Part shown: positions 12,221-24,822 of the stretch, piece by piece
How the letters are laid out: each line of letters opens with the position of its first letter
Position numbering within the stretch: the first letter of the stretch is position 1
From: Vicugna vicugna
Lineage: Eukaryota
NCBI GenBank assembly: GCA_013265495.1
Contig: MU058037.1
Coordinates: 1,365,498 to 1,429,497, forward strand
Length of the DNA: 64,000 bases
Direction: 5' to 3'
Made by a program: the position numbers and the translations under genes
The notes under the pieces: model-generated
Database searches by the model: none
Told to the model about the DNA's origin: nothing
Seen by the model: only the letters and a program-made list of their open reading frames with translations

Positions 12221-12254
<34 letters not shown>

Positions 12255-12587
12255 AGAGGACACTAATGAACTCATCTACAAAAAACAGAAAAAGACTTGC
12301 AGACGTAGTAAACAATCTTATGGTTACTGGAGGAAAGAGGGTGGGAAGGGATAAATTTTGGAGTTTGAGGTTTGTAAATGTTAATCACTATACATAAAAT
12401 AGATAAAAAACAAATTTCTTTGCATTTCTTCTCTGTATAGCACAGGGAATTATATTCAATATCTTGTAATAACCTTTAATGAAAAAGAATACAAAAACGA
12501 ATACATGTATATATATGCATGACTGGTACATTATGCTATATACCAGAAATTGGCACATTGTGACAGACTACTTCAATAAAAAATAAA
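10408..12587 (+). mobile_element. 5'-truncated L1: disrupted ORF2 C-terminal half, 3'UTR and poly(A)
   Basis: ORF2 peptides [50 protein letters not shown] spread over several frames; perfect 15-bp TSD aagaatagagatttg at 10393-10407 and 12588-12602. Confidence 0.95.
11491..11608 (+). mobile_element. Short L1-type 3' end with its own poly(A), nested inside the larger L1
   Basis: tgtataactg...acaacattgtaaaatgactataactcaataaaa followed by a long A-run interrupts ORF2; both sides carry aaaaaaac. Confidence 0.75.
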
Positions 12588-13075
12588 AAGAATAGAGATT
12601 TGGTGATTCTTTGTATATTAACTGCTCATCAAGAGAAAAATAATTAAACAGAAATTGAGATCATATACTAGAGGTAATTGTATATCTTGATTTAGAAAAG
12701 CATTTAAAAAGTATTCTGGTTATTTATACCTTGAAACTAACATCTTTTTTTCAAGGTATTCCATTTATTCTAATCCAATGAGGCATAAAGAAAGAATGCA
12801 GACCCTGTTTTTAACTTACCAAAAACCTTTAGTTTGGAAACCAGAAGTGAAAAATTGATAAAGCTGGGAAATAGCTGCTTTAGTAGAGGACTGGAAAAGT
12901 AAACTAAACATTACCATATATAGGGACAATAATCCATAAACAGCTGACCAGAGTTTTCTCCAGAGTGGTCTACAGAAGGAATGAACCTTGGCGGGGGGCG
13001 GGGGTTGTCCTGTGATCTAGAGCAGTGTGGTTATAGATGTGTAGATGTTAACTGAGAAATTGATGGGGACACTAC

Positions 13076-13544
13076 TGTATTAGTTTTCTAGGGCTGTCAT
13101 TACAAAGTACCACAAACTGAATGGCTTAAACAACAGAAATTTGTTCTCACAGTTCTGGAGGCTAGAAGTCCAAGATCAGGGTGTTAGCAGGGTTGGTTCT
13201 TTCTGAGGGCTGTGAGGGAGAACCTGCTCCATGCCTCTCCTCTAGCTTCTGCTGGTCTGCTGACAATATTTGGTGTCCCTTAGCTTGTAGATACATTACA
13301 GGATCTCTGCCTTCATCTTCACATGGCATTTTCTCTGTAAGTGTGTCTGTGTCCATATTTCCCCTTTTCATAAGGACTCTAGTCATTCTGGATTAGAGGC
13401 CCACCCAACTCCAGTATGACCTCATCTTAACCGATTACATCACAACAACCTTATTTCCAAATGAGGTCACATTCTTAGGCACTGGGGGGGGGTTAGTACC
13501 TCAACATATGAATTTTGGGGGGAGACACAATTCAATCCATAACA
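13076..13544 (-). mobile_element. MaLR solo LTR (MLT1C-like)
   Basis: TG...CA termini (tgtattagtt...caatccataaca); ggcttaaacaacagaaat and tccaagatcaggg motifs; TSD actac / tctac. Confidence 0.88.
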
Positions 13545-14938
13545 TCTACTAGTGGGAAAAGTGCCAATATGGTTTTAAAGCTTGGCTGTGTCCCAGAATT
13601 AGATTGCTAGTGGGTAAACTCTTCTCTTCAGATAAAGTGTGGACGTAAAATATATTCAGAATTAGCAAGAATCTTTTTAGCACTTTTCCCTAACTAAACA
13701 GAATTCTTCCTTTCTTTGTTCTGAAGATATCTCTCTTATCTACTTTCCAAAATTTTCTCATGTTAATACATGTATTTCACTCTAAGGCCTTTCTTGGCCT
13801 AGTCTGTTTCCTCACTTCGCTTCTATTTTGGGACAATATCAGCCTTCACAACAGGTGACCTTACACTTCCAAAACCACTCAATGGATGGTGACTAGAAGA
13901 AACTATGAGGAAAGAAGTCAGGGACTAGGCAGGTGATGTGTCCAAATGGCAATAACTGTGACTATTAAGTATGACTATCTTCCAGGTTTTCAGAGTTGAT
14001 GTTTGTTTAGTTCTTATTTCTTCAGGACCTCAGAAGTGGTTTCCTAAGGTCTAGTTCAAATAAACCAAAGGCTTTTTCCCCTAAAACCTAATTCAAGTGT
14101 TAAAAGATAGCAAACCTGTTGGTTCTAGATAGAGTGATGATTTTTAGAGTACACATGAAATAATGTTTGGCAGGGAAGAAGAAAGTTCATGCTGCCATCT
14201 TGGTTAGGCCATATGGCTATGACTGCAGGTTTTTGATGATCACAATGCCTATATGGGATTAATCCAAGCCAACTAATATCTTAGTTTCTCAAAAGGTTTT
14301 TCACTGCTGGATATTTCTTATATTCAAAGATTAAATGGTAACTGAAACCAACCTTGGGTCTAACGCAGCTGTCCCAGAGTTATATTTCAGTGTTTGTGTG
14401 GGTTACATTCATAATACACTTTGTAAGAGCTTAATATAAATTCTTGGAACTCAGATAATACCTCTATGTCTATTAAAAGAAGTTAGAACTTTGGGATTTA
14501 AGATGAGGTTGCTTGGCAATAATAAAACAGAATAAAGCAAGTCAGCTTAACACAAGGCAATTATTTCTTCTGCAAAACAGATTGTCAGAATTTAAGGGAA
14601 AACAGCTCTCATTTTTAAGAACCAGAAAGAAGCAAGTTACCATGTTGCAGAATGCATTTTTCATTAATAAAAGCAAAATTTTATTTCCAATAATTCAGTA
14701 AAATAATAATTATAATTCTATGTTAATTATATTATATGATATAATAATAATATATATCATATAATATAATTAACAGTTGGGAATATATCAGCCATGTTTT
14801 TCACAGGATGTTAAATACTTTTTTGAATGAGTGATCATTTTTACACATAAGAACAAACACAGCTATTTCCCACAGGGGAAAAAAAGAAGATTCAGGAGAC
14901 TCGAGTGACCCAGGGAACATGTGAATAACATTATATAT

Positions 14939-15142
14939 CAGAAGTCAGCACACTTTTGCTGTAAAGGGCAGAGAGTAAATATTTTAGGTTTTTTGGGCCA
15001 TGTCATTTCTGTTACAACTACTCCATTCTGCCTTTGTAGGGGAAAAGTAGCCACAGACAATATGTAATGAACAGGCATGGCTGTGGTCCAATAAAACTTT
15101 ATTTACAAACACGGGCAGCAGGCCATAGTTTGCCAACCCCTA
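14939..15142. mobile_element. MER58A-like hAT element
   Basis: ctgtaaagggcagagagtaaatattttagg...ccaataaaactttatttacaaa...ggccatagtttgccaacccct. Confidence 0.85.
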
Positions 15143-16059
15143 CTGTATTATCATTAGGGAGATCAAGTAATGATCAAGTAATAGTGAAAATCGTATCATG
15201 GAATTCAACGTTTTATAACCTTTCAAATAATTTCACATACTTTCTTTTCATTTGGTTCACTCCAGATTTCAACTCTTTTCCCACCCCTGAGAGGGAAAGC
15301 TCTAATGAACATTGTTTGAGAGCCTCTTTCAGTCGTGAGTACCTTGAAGACATGTTTCGTTTCATTCTCCAGTGCCTGGCAGTGTCTACTGAAGCGACTG
15401 AGTGCATTTCCTGTGAACTCAATGTGCATGCTGTGTTTCCCTGCCTACTTCACTTTCCCTGTCTCAGTGATGCATTTTACTCTTCCAAGCAGCTGCTCCC
15501 TTGACCCTTGTATACATTTGGAATCTTCCATATTCAAGCTGAGTATTTATACATATTCCAAAAAATACTCCAGTTGACTTAAAGAATTAGGATGGAGTCA
15601 AAGGTTTTTCTTCCTTGTGTCTAATCCACCTGTGTGGATGAACCTAACTGAGTATCCATCACTACACACGTGAAAAGGAAACAAGGACTATTCATTCGGG
15701 CACAGTGGACAGAGAAGGAAAAGAGAATCCCCCATTCTGCTATTCCCTTGACCTTGAAAGCAAGGCAAAATGCTCTCTTTTTCTGGCCATGCTCTTGGGA
15801 TGCAAGAGCCTGGACAGGATGAGATGTTAGTAATCATTTTTGGACTAAGTTGTGACTGCTGCTAGCCCCCACTAGTCATTTATTCTTAAGCAGGAAATAT
15901 TTGTGCTCACTCAATTGGATCTCAAAAGTATCATCTAAATGAAAAGATACATGCTGTAGCTGTTTCCTTAGTTATCTCCCTAGGCCTTCCTATTTCTTTT
16001 TGCCTTCATAGTAAATTGAAAAACATGGCCACATTATTTTGCAGCTTCTTCCGTCAAGA

Positions 16060-16680
16060 GGTAAGAGTTTTAGAGCTAAGAATTTTCCTCTGAGGATACA
16101 TTGTTTTCACTGTGGTTAATTTATAGAGGGGCTGTAATTGTAATTTTGATTTTTTCCTTTGGCCCTTGAGTTATTTAGAAGAGTATTTTGGTATCTATTT
16201 TCCTAATGTCTTTGTTTTTGTTGTTAATTTCTAGTTTTTAACATTCAGGTCAGAGACTGTGGAATATACAATTTCTAAATTTGGGGATTTGAGGTCTTCT
16301 TGGTCTCACTGTGCCTTAAGCACTTCTGTAAATATTTTGTGGCAGTAAGAAATGAATGTTGAATTTAAAATTTATGTGTGTGTATGTATGTATGTATGTG
16401 TATATATATATATATATACACATATATAATCATGCATATATGCACATCTATATATTCAATCAAGTTTAAAACCTGTAATATTACAATCTTTTATAGCCAT
16501 ATTTAACTAGGTGGTTTTCCAAATACTGAAGTGGTGTTTCGTCAGAACTTTTTTTTTGTATTTATAATGGTCTCTGCTCCCTATATTTTAACAAAATGTT
16601 GTCAGTACTTATAGATTCATGACTGATATATTTTGGTGGCTTGTATTTGTATTTAAAAAATACTCCTAACTTCTTACAAT
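16060..16680 (-). mobile_element. Old L1 fragment (antisense) containing a (TG)/(TATG)/(TA) microsatellite at ~16375-16425
   Basis: T-rich decayed L1 text: aattttcctctgag, gttatttagaagag, ttgttaatttctagtttt. Confidence 0.55.
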
Positions 16681-16895
16681 CCTTGTATATAATGAGTGAA
16701 AGAGGAAATAAAAATTGAAATTACACACTATTAAGAAATTATTAATAATAAAAATAATATATATTCCAGTGAAAACTGGTCCTAGTCTCACTTGAAATTT
16801 ATGACCGCAAACCTTAATTTGGCTCCAAGAAATGCCTCCCAGTCCTACTACGTTTCTGGAGCAATTCCCTGTCCCTCTCTCAGAGGGCTACTTTT

Positions 16896-17303
16896 TCTTT
16901 TTAATTCTTTTTTTTTAACTGAAGTGTAGTCAATTTACAATGTTAGTTTCAGGTGTACAGCAAAGTAATTCAGTTATACATATACATATATACATATATT
17001 TCCAGATTCTTTTCCATTACAGCTCATTACAAGAAACTGAATGTAGTTCCCTGTGCTATACAGTAGGACCTTGTTGCTTATCTATTTTATATATAGTAAT
17101 GTGTATCTGTTAATCCCAAACTCCTAATCTATCCCTTCCCCACCTCCTTTCCTCCTGGTAACTACAGTTGGTTTTCTATGTCCATGAGTCTATTTCTGGT
17201 TTGTAAATAAAATTTGTACCTTTCTTTTTTAGATTCCCCATATTAGCGAGATCATATGATATTTATCTTTCTCTGTCTGACTTACTTCACTTAGTATGAT
17301 AAT
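16896..17303 (-). mobile_element. 5'-truncated lineage L1 3'UTR (antisense)
   Basis: Poly(T), then agttccctgtgctatacagtagg and tctgacttacttcacttagtatgataat; degenerate TSD gagggctactttt / gaggactatttt. Confidence 0.85.
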
Positions 17304-17329
17304 CTGAGAGGACTATTTTAAACCTTCTC

Positions 17330-18620
17330 AAAACTCCAAAACTTCTTCCTCACAAAACATTTCACTCTCAGCTACCAATCATGCTTCTTATTTCACTGAA
17401 AAGTTATTCTCGATCAGACAAGCACGTCCTTATCCTCCTGCTGGCAAGGGGACCAACCTGCTCTCTCCTCTGTGTCTACAGGCCTTCTTTCCCCTCCTGT
17501 CCCACCCATCAGCTGCCCTTGCTCCTACGCTGTCTCTGTAAACTAGATCCTTACTACGTGTGGCTGCTCTGGGCTTAGTGCCCCTGTGACAAGTGTCCCC
17601 TCTTTCCTGTCTCATTAATGTGTCCCTCTCTGTGGGATCATTCCAATCTTAGCCCTGAAATATGATATTTTATCTTTTGTCTTAAAATAAGACTCCTCCT
17701 GTGACCATTTCCAGTAACTGTCCTCATTTCTGTGCCATCTGAAGAGTTAGCTGCCTTCCCCATCTTGCCTTCTTCATCTGCCATGATGTCTCTGAGCCCA
17801 GTTCAAGCAAGCATTTGCCTCCATCTGCTCTGCTCTTAAGGTCATCACATTGTCAAAACCAATGGCTAACTCTGTTGATTTCTCAGCATTATTTGATCTG
17901 GTTGATCCCTCCTGCTTTCTGGAAACACTTCTTTCAATTTGGGTTCTTATACATATTTATCTCTCGCTTATTTAAAGTTGTAAAATACATGTAGCACAGT
18001 TTACCATCTTAACCCATTCATAAATGTGTGGTTCAATGGCATTACACACATTTGCTATCACCACCATCTATCCATGGAACTCTTTTCATGTTGCAAAAGG
18101 GAAACTCTGTAGCTGTGAAACTCTAGCTGCTCCTCTCCTGCATCCTGAGTTTCTCCTTGACTTCTAAATATCGTTGTGCTCCAGGGCTCAGCCCTTTGAC
18201 CCCATCTCTGCCCTAGTGATACTCCTTCCCTAGGAGATCCCATCTAAATCCCTGGTGTTAAAAACCATCTCCACAATGGTGACCCCCAAATTGGGATCAC
18301 AGCCAAGACTTCTTCCTTGAACTCTGTATTTGCAGACCTAACTTCTTCAACTTCTTCAATATGTCCATTGAGAGATCTAATAGGCACCACAAACTTAACA
18401 TTACCCAAAGCAAACTTTGCTTTCTTCCTCTAAACCTGCTTTTCCCATAGTGTCCCCACCCCAGTATCCCCTACCTCACCATTCACTGACTGCTTAGGCC
18501 TAAAGCTGGAGGTTCTTCCTAGAATATAAGATCCAAGAAGGCAGAGATTCCGGTGTTTTGTCTGCTGAGGTGTCTCCAGTGCCTAGAACTGTTCCTGACA
18601 CATGGAATGTTCCCTAAGGT
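17330..18620 (+). mobile_element. L2 fragments, with a short antisense L1 piece near 17970-18140
   Basis: L2 motifs ctaataggcaccacaaacttaacatt and ccagtgcctagaactgttcctgacacat. Confidence 0.6.
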
Positions 18621-18791
18621 TCTACATGATCTAACTGTGGCTGTGTCTTTCCTTCCACCCTCTGACTTGCTGCTCTAAAGACATTTGGTTCAGTGTACCA
18701 AGCATGTGTCCACCTTAGAAATGTTACAGTTACTACTTTTCCACTGGGTTCTAGGGGGATTTTAAGAATATGAATTTAAGAGAAAGTTCTT

Positions 18792-18899
18792 TTTTTTGGG
18801 GGGGGGTAATTAGGTTTGTTTGTTTGTTTGTTTTTAATGGAGGTACTGTGGATTGAACCTAGCATGCACTTTACCACTGAACTATACCCTCCTCCCTCC
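18792..18899 (-). mobile_element. tRNA-Ala-derived SINE (vic-1-like), internally deleted variant
   Basis: Minus strand has A-box-like and B-box (GGTTCAATCC) motifs and the cctaattacc tail; TSD aagagaa(a/g)gttctt at 18778-18791 and 18900-18913. Confidence 0.85.
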
Positions 18900-20293
18900 A
18901 AGAGAAGGTTCTTAAGGGGATTCAGGAATACCCAAATTAATCTTTTACTAGTCATTCTTTCCTCAACCTGATCCCCTATGTGGTCCTCAGAGGAAATAGA
19001 TGCATACAGGAGGTAAACTAGGCCCTGTTATGTCTCGGGACTGTGACTCCCAACCACACTGCCAATTCATAGACGTGGTGAAAAATTCCTTTATCTCGGC
19101 CAGGTACATCTCTTTGAAAAGGCAGTCTTCTCCTTTTCAAAGCCCAAACTTAAGTTTAGTCTTGGCCCTACTGAGTGAGGAAGGCCTCACCTTTCCACAC
19201 TTACAAGAGGAAACGGGGTGAGAGAGACTCAGCAAATGAGCCTGTTTGTCCCAGGGATTAGAGCTGCCGCCCCAAACTTTTTAATGCAGGGACAAAGGGC
19301 CCTGCAGGTGGGCTGCCATGGTGGAGAGAGAACAGAATAAAGGGAGAGACTAATAAATAAATAGCTCTAGTTTCAAAAACAAAAACTTTGCAAGGCAGGA
19401 GGGAAAGAAGCCTGGGGAAATTGCCCTGCATAGTGTGTGGTGTCCCCAGTTTTTCAGATCCTGACCTTGGGTAAAATGCTAGTTGGATAAAAATTTTGTT
19501 CAAGGAAGCACAGGCTACAGCGATGTTTCTGTAACATTCCAGATCTCTGGTGCCTGTGCCAGGTGGCTACTGTTTCTGCTTCAGACCCTAGAGGAGGACC
19601 CTCCCCCATCTACCATGTGTCACCAAAGGGACTAGAGTTACTTTATTTTTGAAAAAGAGCCAGGTTATAGAGGTTTCATGTGACAACGCTGGAAAATGTA
19701 ACTCTAAATACATTTGTAAGCTGCCAAATTCCTGCAAAAATAGTCCATTTCAATACTCCTTAGAAAATGACTAGTAAGAAACAGAAATGTTCAATATTGC
19801 AACAATACCACTTTGTAAGATTGTTCCAAGTCAATTAGGCTTTTTAGAAACAAGATGTCAATGTAATTCTGAATAACTCTGCGGAGGCTTACACGCCCTA
19901 ATGGACAGCTGTATTGGGGCAAATAATAACCCAACTCAGGCCAGATCCCCTCAGATCCTCCTTCTTCAGTGGGCCTTTGCTCCCAACACCTTAGCTCTGT
20001 TTTGAGGCCAGCCCTAGGGCTTCGGGGGCATGTCTTTCCCACTGGTTAGGAGAGCCAGAATCCCTGGGAATTTGTTGCCGTGCTTCTCAATGACCTCCTC
20101 TTGACCTTTATCATCCTTTGTACCTCGGCTTCTAAAGATGTTTAAATATTGTTCAGACTGAAATAAGATAGAGCCAAAAAATTTCTCCCCATATTGGAAA
20201 CCTCCAAACCCAGCTACTACCCTATTTTCAAGGGTCTAGAAGAGATGGGTCCATTTGCTGCCTCAACATTTCATTCATGCTACAACCTGCAGC

Positions 20294-20949
20294 TGTTAGA
20301 GCAGGCAGGTAGCCAGATATGAGCAGAGAAAGGGGGACACAAGCCAAAAGCAGGAATTGGGTTGGGCAAAAAAAAAAAAAAAGGTGAGGGGCCAAATGCA
20401 GGAAACCATACATCATGTAAACAACAGGGGTCCCTGGGCAGACAAAGAAAAGCAGGAACCTCTGGGCTGATAAGAAATCACACATTTTGGGGAGACAAGT
20501 GCCCTGGAGGCCAACAAAGAAAGGTGGGAAAAGGCAGGACTCTCCAATGTCCGAATGTAACCTTTTGCTCATTATGCCCTCATTACAATAAAATTAGCCT
20601 TGCAGATGAAAAGTACCCATCATACACTGACACCATGACACTTCCGATCCAGACTAAATAAGGACAAAAATTCCTCTTCCACCTTGGGAAGGTGGGGGCT
20701 GGGATGAAAATCAGAGAATATGACCCCAAACCCTCCCTTCCCCAATGAATATTCAGCCCGTTCATTTTTACACCCTATGTAACCAACTTGCCAAAGAAAC
20801 TTGGGGCAGCTGCTCACCTGAGCCTGCCGGCTCTCCCCTTGAGAGTGTACTATGTATCCTTTAATAAATCCTCACTTTATTTTCGCTACCTCTGTGTCTC
20901 GTCCCTGAATTCTTTCTGGGAGGAGACAAGAATCTAATCAGCGGCAACA
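20294..20949 (+). mobile_element. ERV solo LTR (ERV1-like), 656 bp
   Basis: TGTT...AACA termini; AATAAA at 20863-20868 followed by U5-like tgtgtctcgtccctgaattctttct...gagacaagaa. Confidence 0.8.
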
Positions 20950-20954
20950 CAATG

Positions 20955-22200
20955 ACCTGCTTTTTTAATCAGCCCTGGCAATCCATTGAAACTCTTCTCT
21001 CTGAAGTCAACAGTGGCTTTCAATTCTTCATGCCCCATCTTAAGAGACTGCTAAGTTCCAGGCCCTATGTCGAGCACTTGAGATGTGGATCTCATTGTCG
21101 CTGCTACCTTCACTCCTACCCCAGTGCACCACGTTCCTCATGATCCAAGTCTGAAACTTAAGAGACACCCTCCATTCCTCTTTTCCATCCTCCTGCCTCC
21201 AATCCGTTACCAAGGATACATTTGACTCTATCACTAAAACGCATTTTGAACCTTTCTTCTTGTCTTTTTCTCCACTGCCTGCACCTTTGTTTAGGTCACC
21301 ATCATCTCTAGCCTTTTAAACATCCTCTCCTCTTCCCCAAGTACTTTAGTACAGTCCACGTTCCACATGGCAGCGCTAGTGAGCTCATCAAAGATCAAAC
21401 CAGGCAACTCCACTCCTTACAAGGATCACTACACTGAGAAAAAAAAAAAACCAGCATCTCTTGCCAAAATGACCTACAAAGGCCCTGCCAACTTCTGCCT
21501 GTCTTTCTCACCTCATGTCAGGCCACTCTTCTCTATGTTTGGGCTGCATTATTTTCCTGTGAGTTCTGAGAACATACTTTCCCATCTCAGGGCCTTTGCA
21601 CATACAGTTTCCTCTGCCTGAAATGTTCTCTTTTCACCCTTTCAATTCCAATGCTTCTTGCAGAGATGCATCTCCTGCCACTCTTCCCAGCCCCCCGTCC
21701 CCATCCCCAGTTTCTCTTCCTCAGTCTTTGGTTTGTTTATTTTCATATCACTTAAGAGGATTTATCTTATTTATTTGTTTACTTAGCTTTGTCTGCCACC
21801 CACTCCACAATGTAAGCTCTGAGAGCAGAGACACATGTTTATTCACTGTTGTCTCCCCAGAGACAGTAGGGATAGCACACTGCTGGCATTTAGCAGAAGC
21901 CTGGGATATTCAACTCAAACATTCCTTCTCTGTGAAGCCCTCAGCACCATGGAAGGGTTAGGGACAACTTCTTCTGAATTTCTATAATAGTTTATCTATA
22001 GCACTGAAGTCTAAAAACCATGTTGTGATTTACTTGTTTGTCTCCTTGACCAGACCATGGTGAACAGGCTTCTGGAACACAGAGCTATATAGCTTACTCA
22101 TTTTTAAACCCTCAGTACCTAGCACTGTGCCTGAGTCACAGTAGGCATCTGATAAAATGATGGCGTGTGATAAACGAATGTATGAATAAATGAATGAAAG
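20955..22200 (+). mobile_element. L2 fragments
   Basis: cagggcctttgcacatacagtttcctctgcctgaaatg, tgtaagctctgagagcagagac and the tail gaataaatgaatgaa. Confidence 0.7.
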
Positions 22201-23433
22201 AGTATTCTCATGGGAAAGGATGACTTAGCTAAAAGCTGGGAGTAACTGACAGGTGGATGCCAGCAATTTTTCTGAGGACAGAGGAGCAGATAGCATGCTT
22301 TTGGAGATGGAGGTCTGAATTCACTTTTGAGGCTAGATAGCCCCTTTTGAGGCTAGATAGCCCCAAAATACTTTGGGGTGGGGGGAGAAGCTATTGAGCT
22401 ATACAAAGGTGAAACAAAGGTCTCTCTCTCTCTCTCTTTTTTTTTCTCCAAAGGTCTCTTTTTGAAATGAGTTGAAATGAGAAGTTTGGAGACAAGGAGA
22501 TGCTAAGCTGTTCTGCATGATTATGTGAAAGATTTTTTCCTATGGGTAGAGTTATAACTCTATACATTACTTCTTAGAAAAACTATTTTTCCCCTCTGGA
22601 GATACTCGTGAAAGTAAGCTAAATTCCAAGTAAGGAGACAGAACCATGGCTGCTGCCTCATGGCCTCACACTGGGGCTACGGAGAGAAGTGACTGGCTTC
22701 ATGCAATCACGGAAGGAAGTTATTACATAGCATGCTCCCCCAGGGGGTGAACCTTGACACTTGCTGTCCTGGATTAAAAACAAGCATTGATTCATTTGCA
22801 GTTATGGTGTCAAAAGTTTAAATTTAACACAGAAGTAAACAGTATGGGAAAATAAAGTGTTTTCCTAGGTCATGGCTAGCTTCTTTTTCATCATTCTTTC
22901 TTCCCAGCTAATCATTCTTCATTTGCTAATTTTTTCTGCTGTCAGCCTACACGGTTTTTTTTGGCGGGGGGAGGTTTATATGTTTACACATAATGGAACA
23001 AATAGTTATCTATTAATTCATTAAAAATTTTTCATAACATGATTTAGTTTACTCTTTGCCCAAACTATAGGTGGACCTTGGACAGAGCAGAAGTGAGCAA
23101 AGAGGAACCCGAAAGAAGCCTGTAATTTGGGGCTGATGGTAAGAATCTCATCCATGAGGGTGTTCAGAGAAGGGGCAAAGGTACAAGCAGCTTGGCGCTC
23201 TCTCTCTCTGTTGGCTTGCACGTAGAGGAACGAGGGGAAACCCATGGTATTCGGATCCTGAAGACTTTGATTAGGGTTGCGACTTGGACACTTGCTAGGC
23301 TTGTGAGTTTACCTTTCCCAGGATGACCTGTCATGTATAAAATGGAGATCAAGAAAAGCAACAGCTGCTTCATAAAGTGGCAGGGATTAAATGAGATTAT
23401 GTGTATAAAAGCACATTTTCCAGTAAAGAACTC

Positions 23434-23437
<4 letters not shown>

Positions 23438-23465
<28 letters not shown>
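23438..23465. repeat. (TG)n microsatellite
   Basis: Direct reading of the TG run. Confidence 0.95.
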
Positions 23466-23479
23466 ATGTCTACATAACT

Positions 23480-23938
23480 GCCATTCTCTTTCTTTGTTGC
23501 TAAGAGCATCCTGATTTTATATAGGATGTTTGAGCTTACCTAATCATTTCTACTCCATTCACGCTCCGCCACTTATTTATTTTCTTAGCCTCCTTTGAAG
23601 CCATGAGACCCAGTTGCAGCCAACGAGATATAAGGGGAAGTCTGATGGGGCTTTAGGAGAGTTTCCTCCCTGACATGAGGAAAGCCTGTATTGTTTGGAT
23701 GCTAGTGGAAGATCCTGATTCTTGGAGCTGTGGCAGCCATCTTAAGAACATGAGGTAAGAAGCATGAGGGTGAAAGTTGAAATTGTCTGGGTCTTTTTGG
23801 CTTCAGAAAATTTCTGAACCAATCTGGAACTACCTCCCTTCAAGTTTCTAAGTTTCTGAGGTGGTTAAATGACTGTATTGAGCTACTGCTAGTCAGGTAT
23901 TCTGTTACTTGTAACGAAATGCATCCTACCTGATACCA
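23480..23938 (+). mobile_element. Old MaLR LTR (MLT1J/K-like)
   Basis: ggagctgtggcagccatctt and the 3' end ttctgttacttgtaacgaaatgcatcctacctgatac. Confidence 0.6.
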
Positions 23939-24309
23939 TATGTACAGGGCTTATGTGGGGGTATGTATATGGGTGTGCTTCCTTGAGGACACTGTGGTGT
24001 AACAGGTGAGAGCACTAAATATGGGAGTCAAAAAGCTGGGGATAAGTGGCTCTGAATTAACACTCTGAACCTTGACTTACTGATCTATACAATGGGAATG
24101 ATACCATTTAATTCACAGAATTGCTAGGAGGACTAAATAAAATAATACAAATGAACATGCTTTACAACTCTACAAGGGCTAGAGAGACCTACAGTGTAAC
24201 TAGGTATCCTCCTGCTGTTTGACTGTAGTGGAGGAGGGATGAAGGCAGGCAGGTTGGAATGACTTAAGTGAATTTTGCTTTTGCCAACAACCCCCAACCC
24301 TGCCCCTCC

Positions 24310-24822
24310 TGTCTTGGTTTGGGTGGCCTCAAATCCAGACACTGAGACAAGGACTTGCTCTTGTCTATTTGGTGGTCTATTGGGGTGATGATCCCAGAGA
24401 ACAGAAGTGAGGGAGTGGGGAAGTGAGACAGGGAAAGGAGGAAGCTGATAGGGGTATAATAATGAGTGAGCAGTTTCCTGCTGTGGGCAACTGGGGCTCA
24501 GTCCTCTGGGGACCTCTGGAAACTGTAGACCACATCTTGCAATCATTCCACCAGAGAATGGGGAGGTAGGGCATTTATCACCGACTTCCATTCCCATTGG
24601 CTAAGGTTTGTCCTTAGGGGTGTCTGCTCCCTGGCGCTTCTGGTCATGCCTGCAGCCTACCCAGGCAACCCACCTTGGAGATGGAGAGAGGTCTGATGCA
24701 AAGCAGCAGAGAGACTCAGGTTTTTGAGGTGTGAAGCTGACAGTGTACTGGGGACTGTCTACACCTGAAGAATTCAGGTGGGCAGAGTGATATTGAGAAA
24801 GACATCACTGGGGTCTGCCACA
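24310..24822 (-). mobile_element. LTR16-like (ERVL) solo LTR
   Basis: tgtcttggtttggg...gggtctgccaca termini; perfect 5-bp TSD cctcc at 24305-24309 and 24823-24827. Confidence 0.8.

Noticed and set aside
15067..15504. 145-aa ORF
   Set aside because: Starts inside MER58A; no recognisable domain or splice support.
24133..24597. 154-aa ORF on the minus strand
   Set aside because: Lies across an LTR16-like element and a MIR; not gag/pol/env-like.
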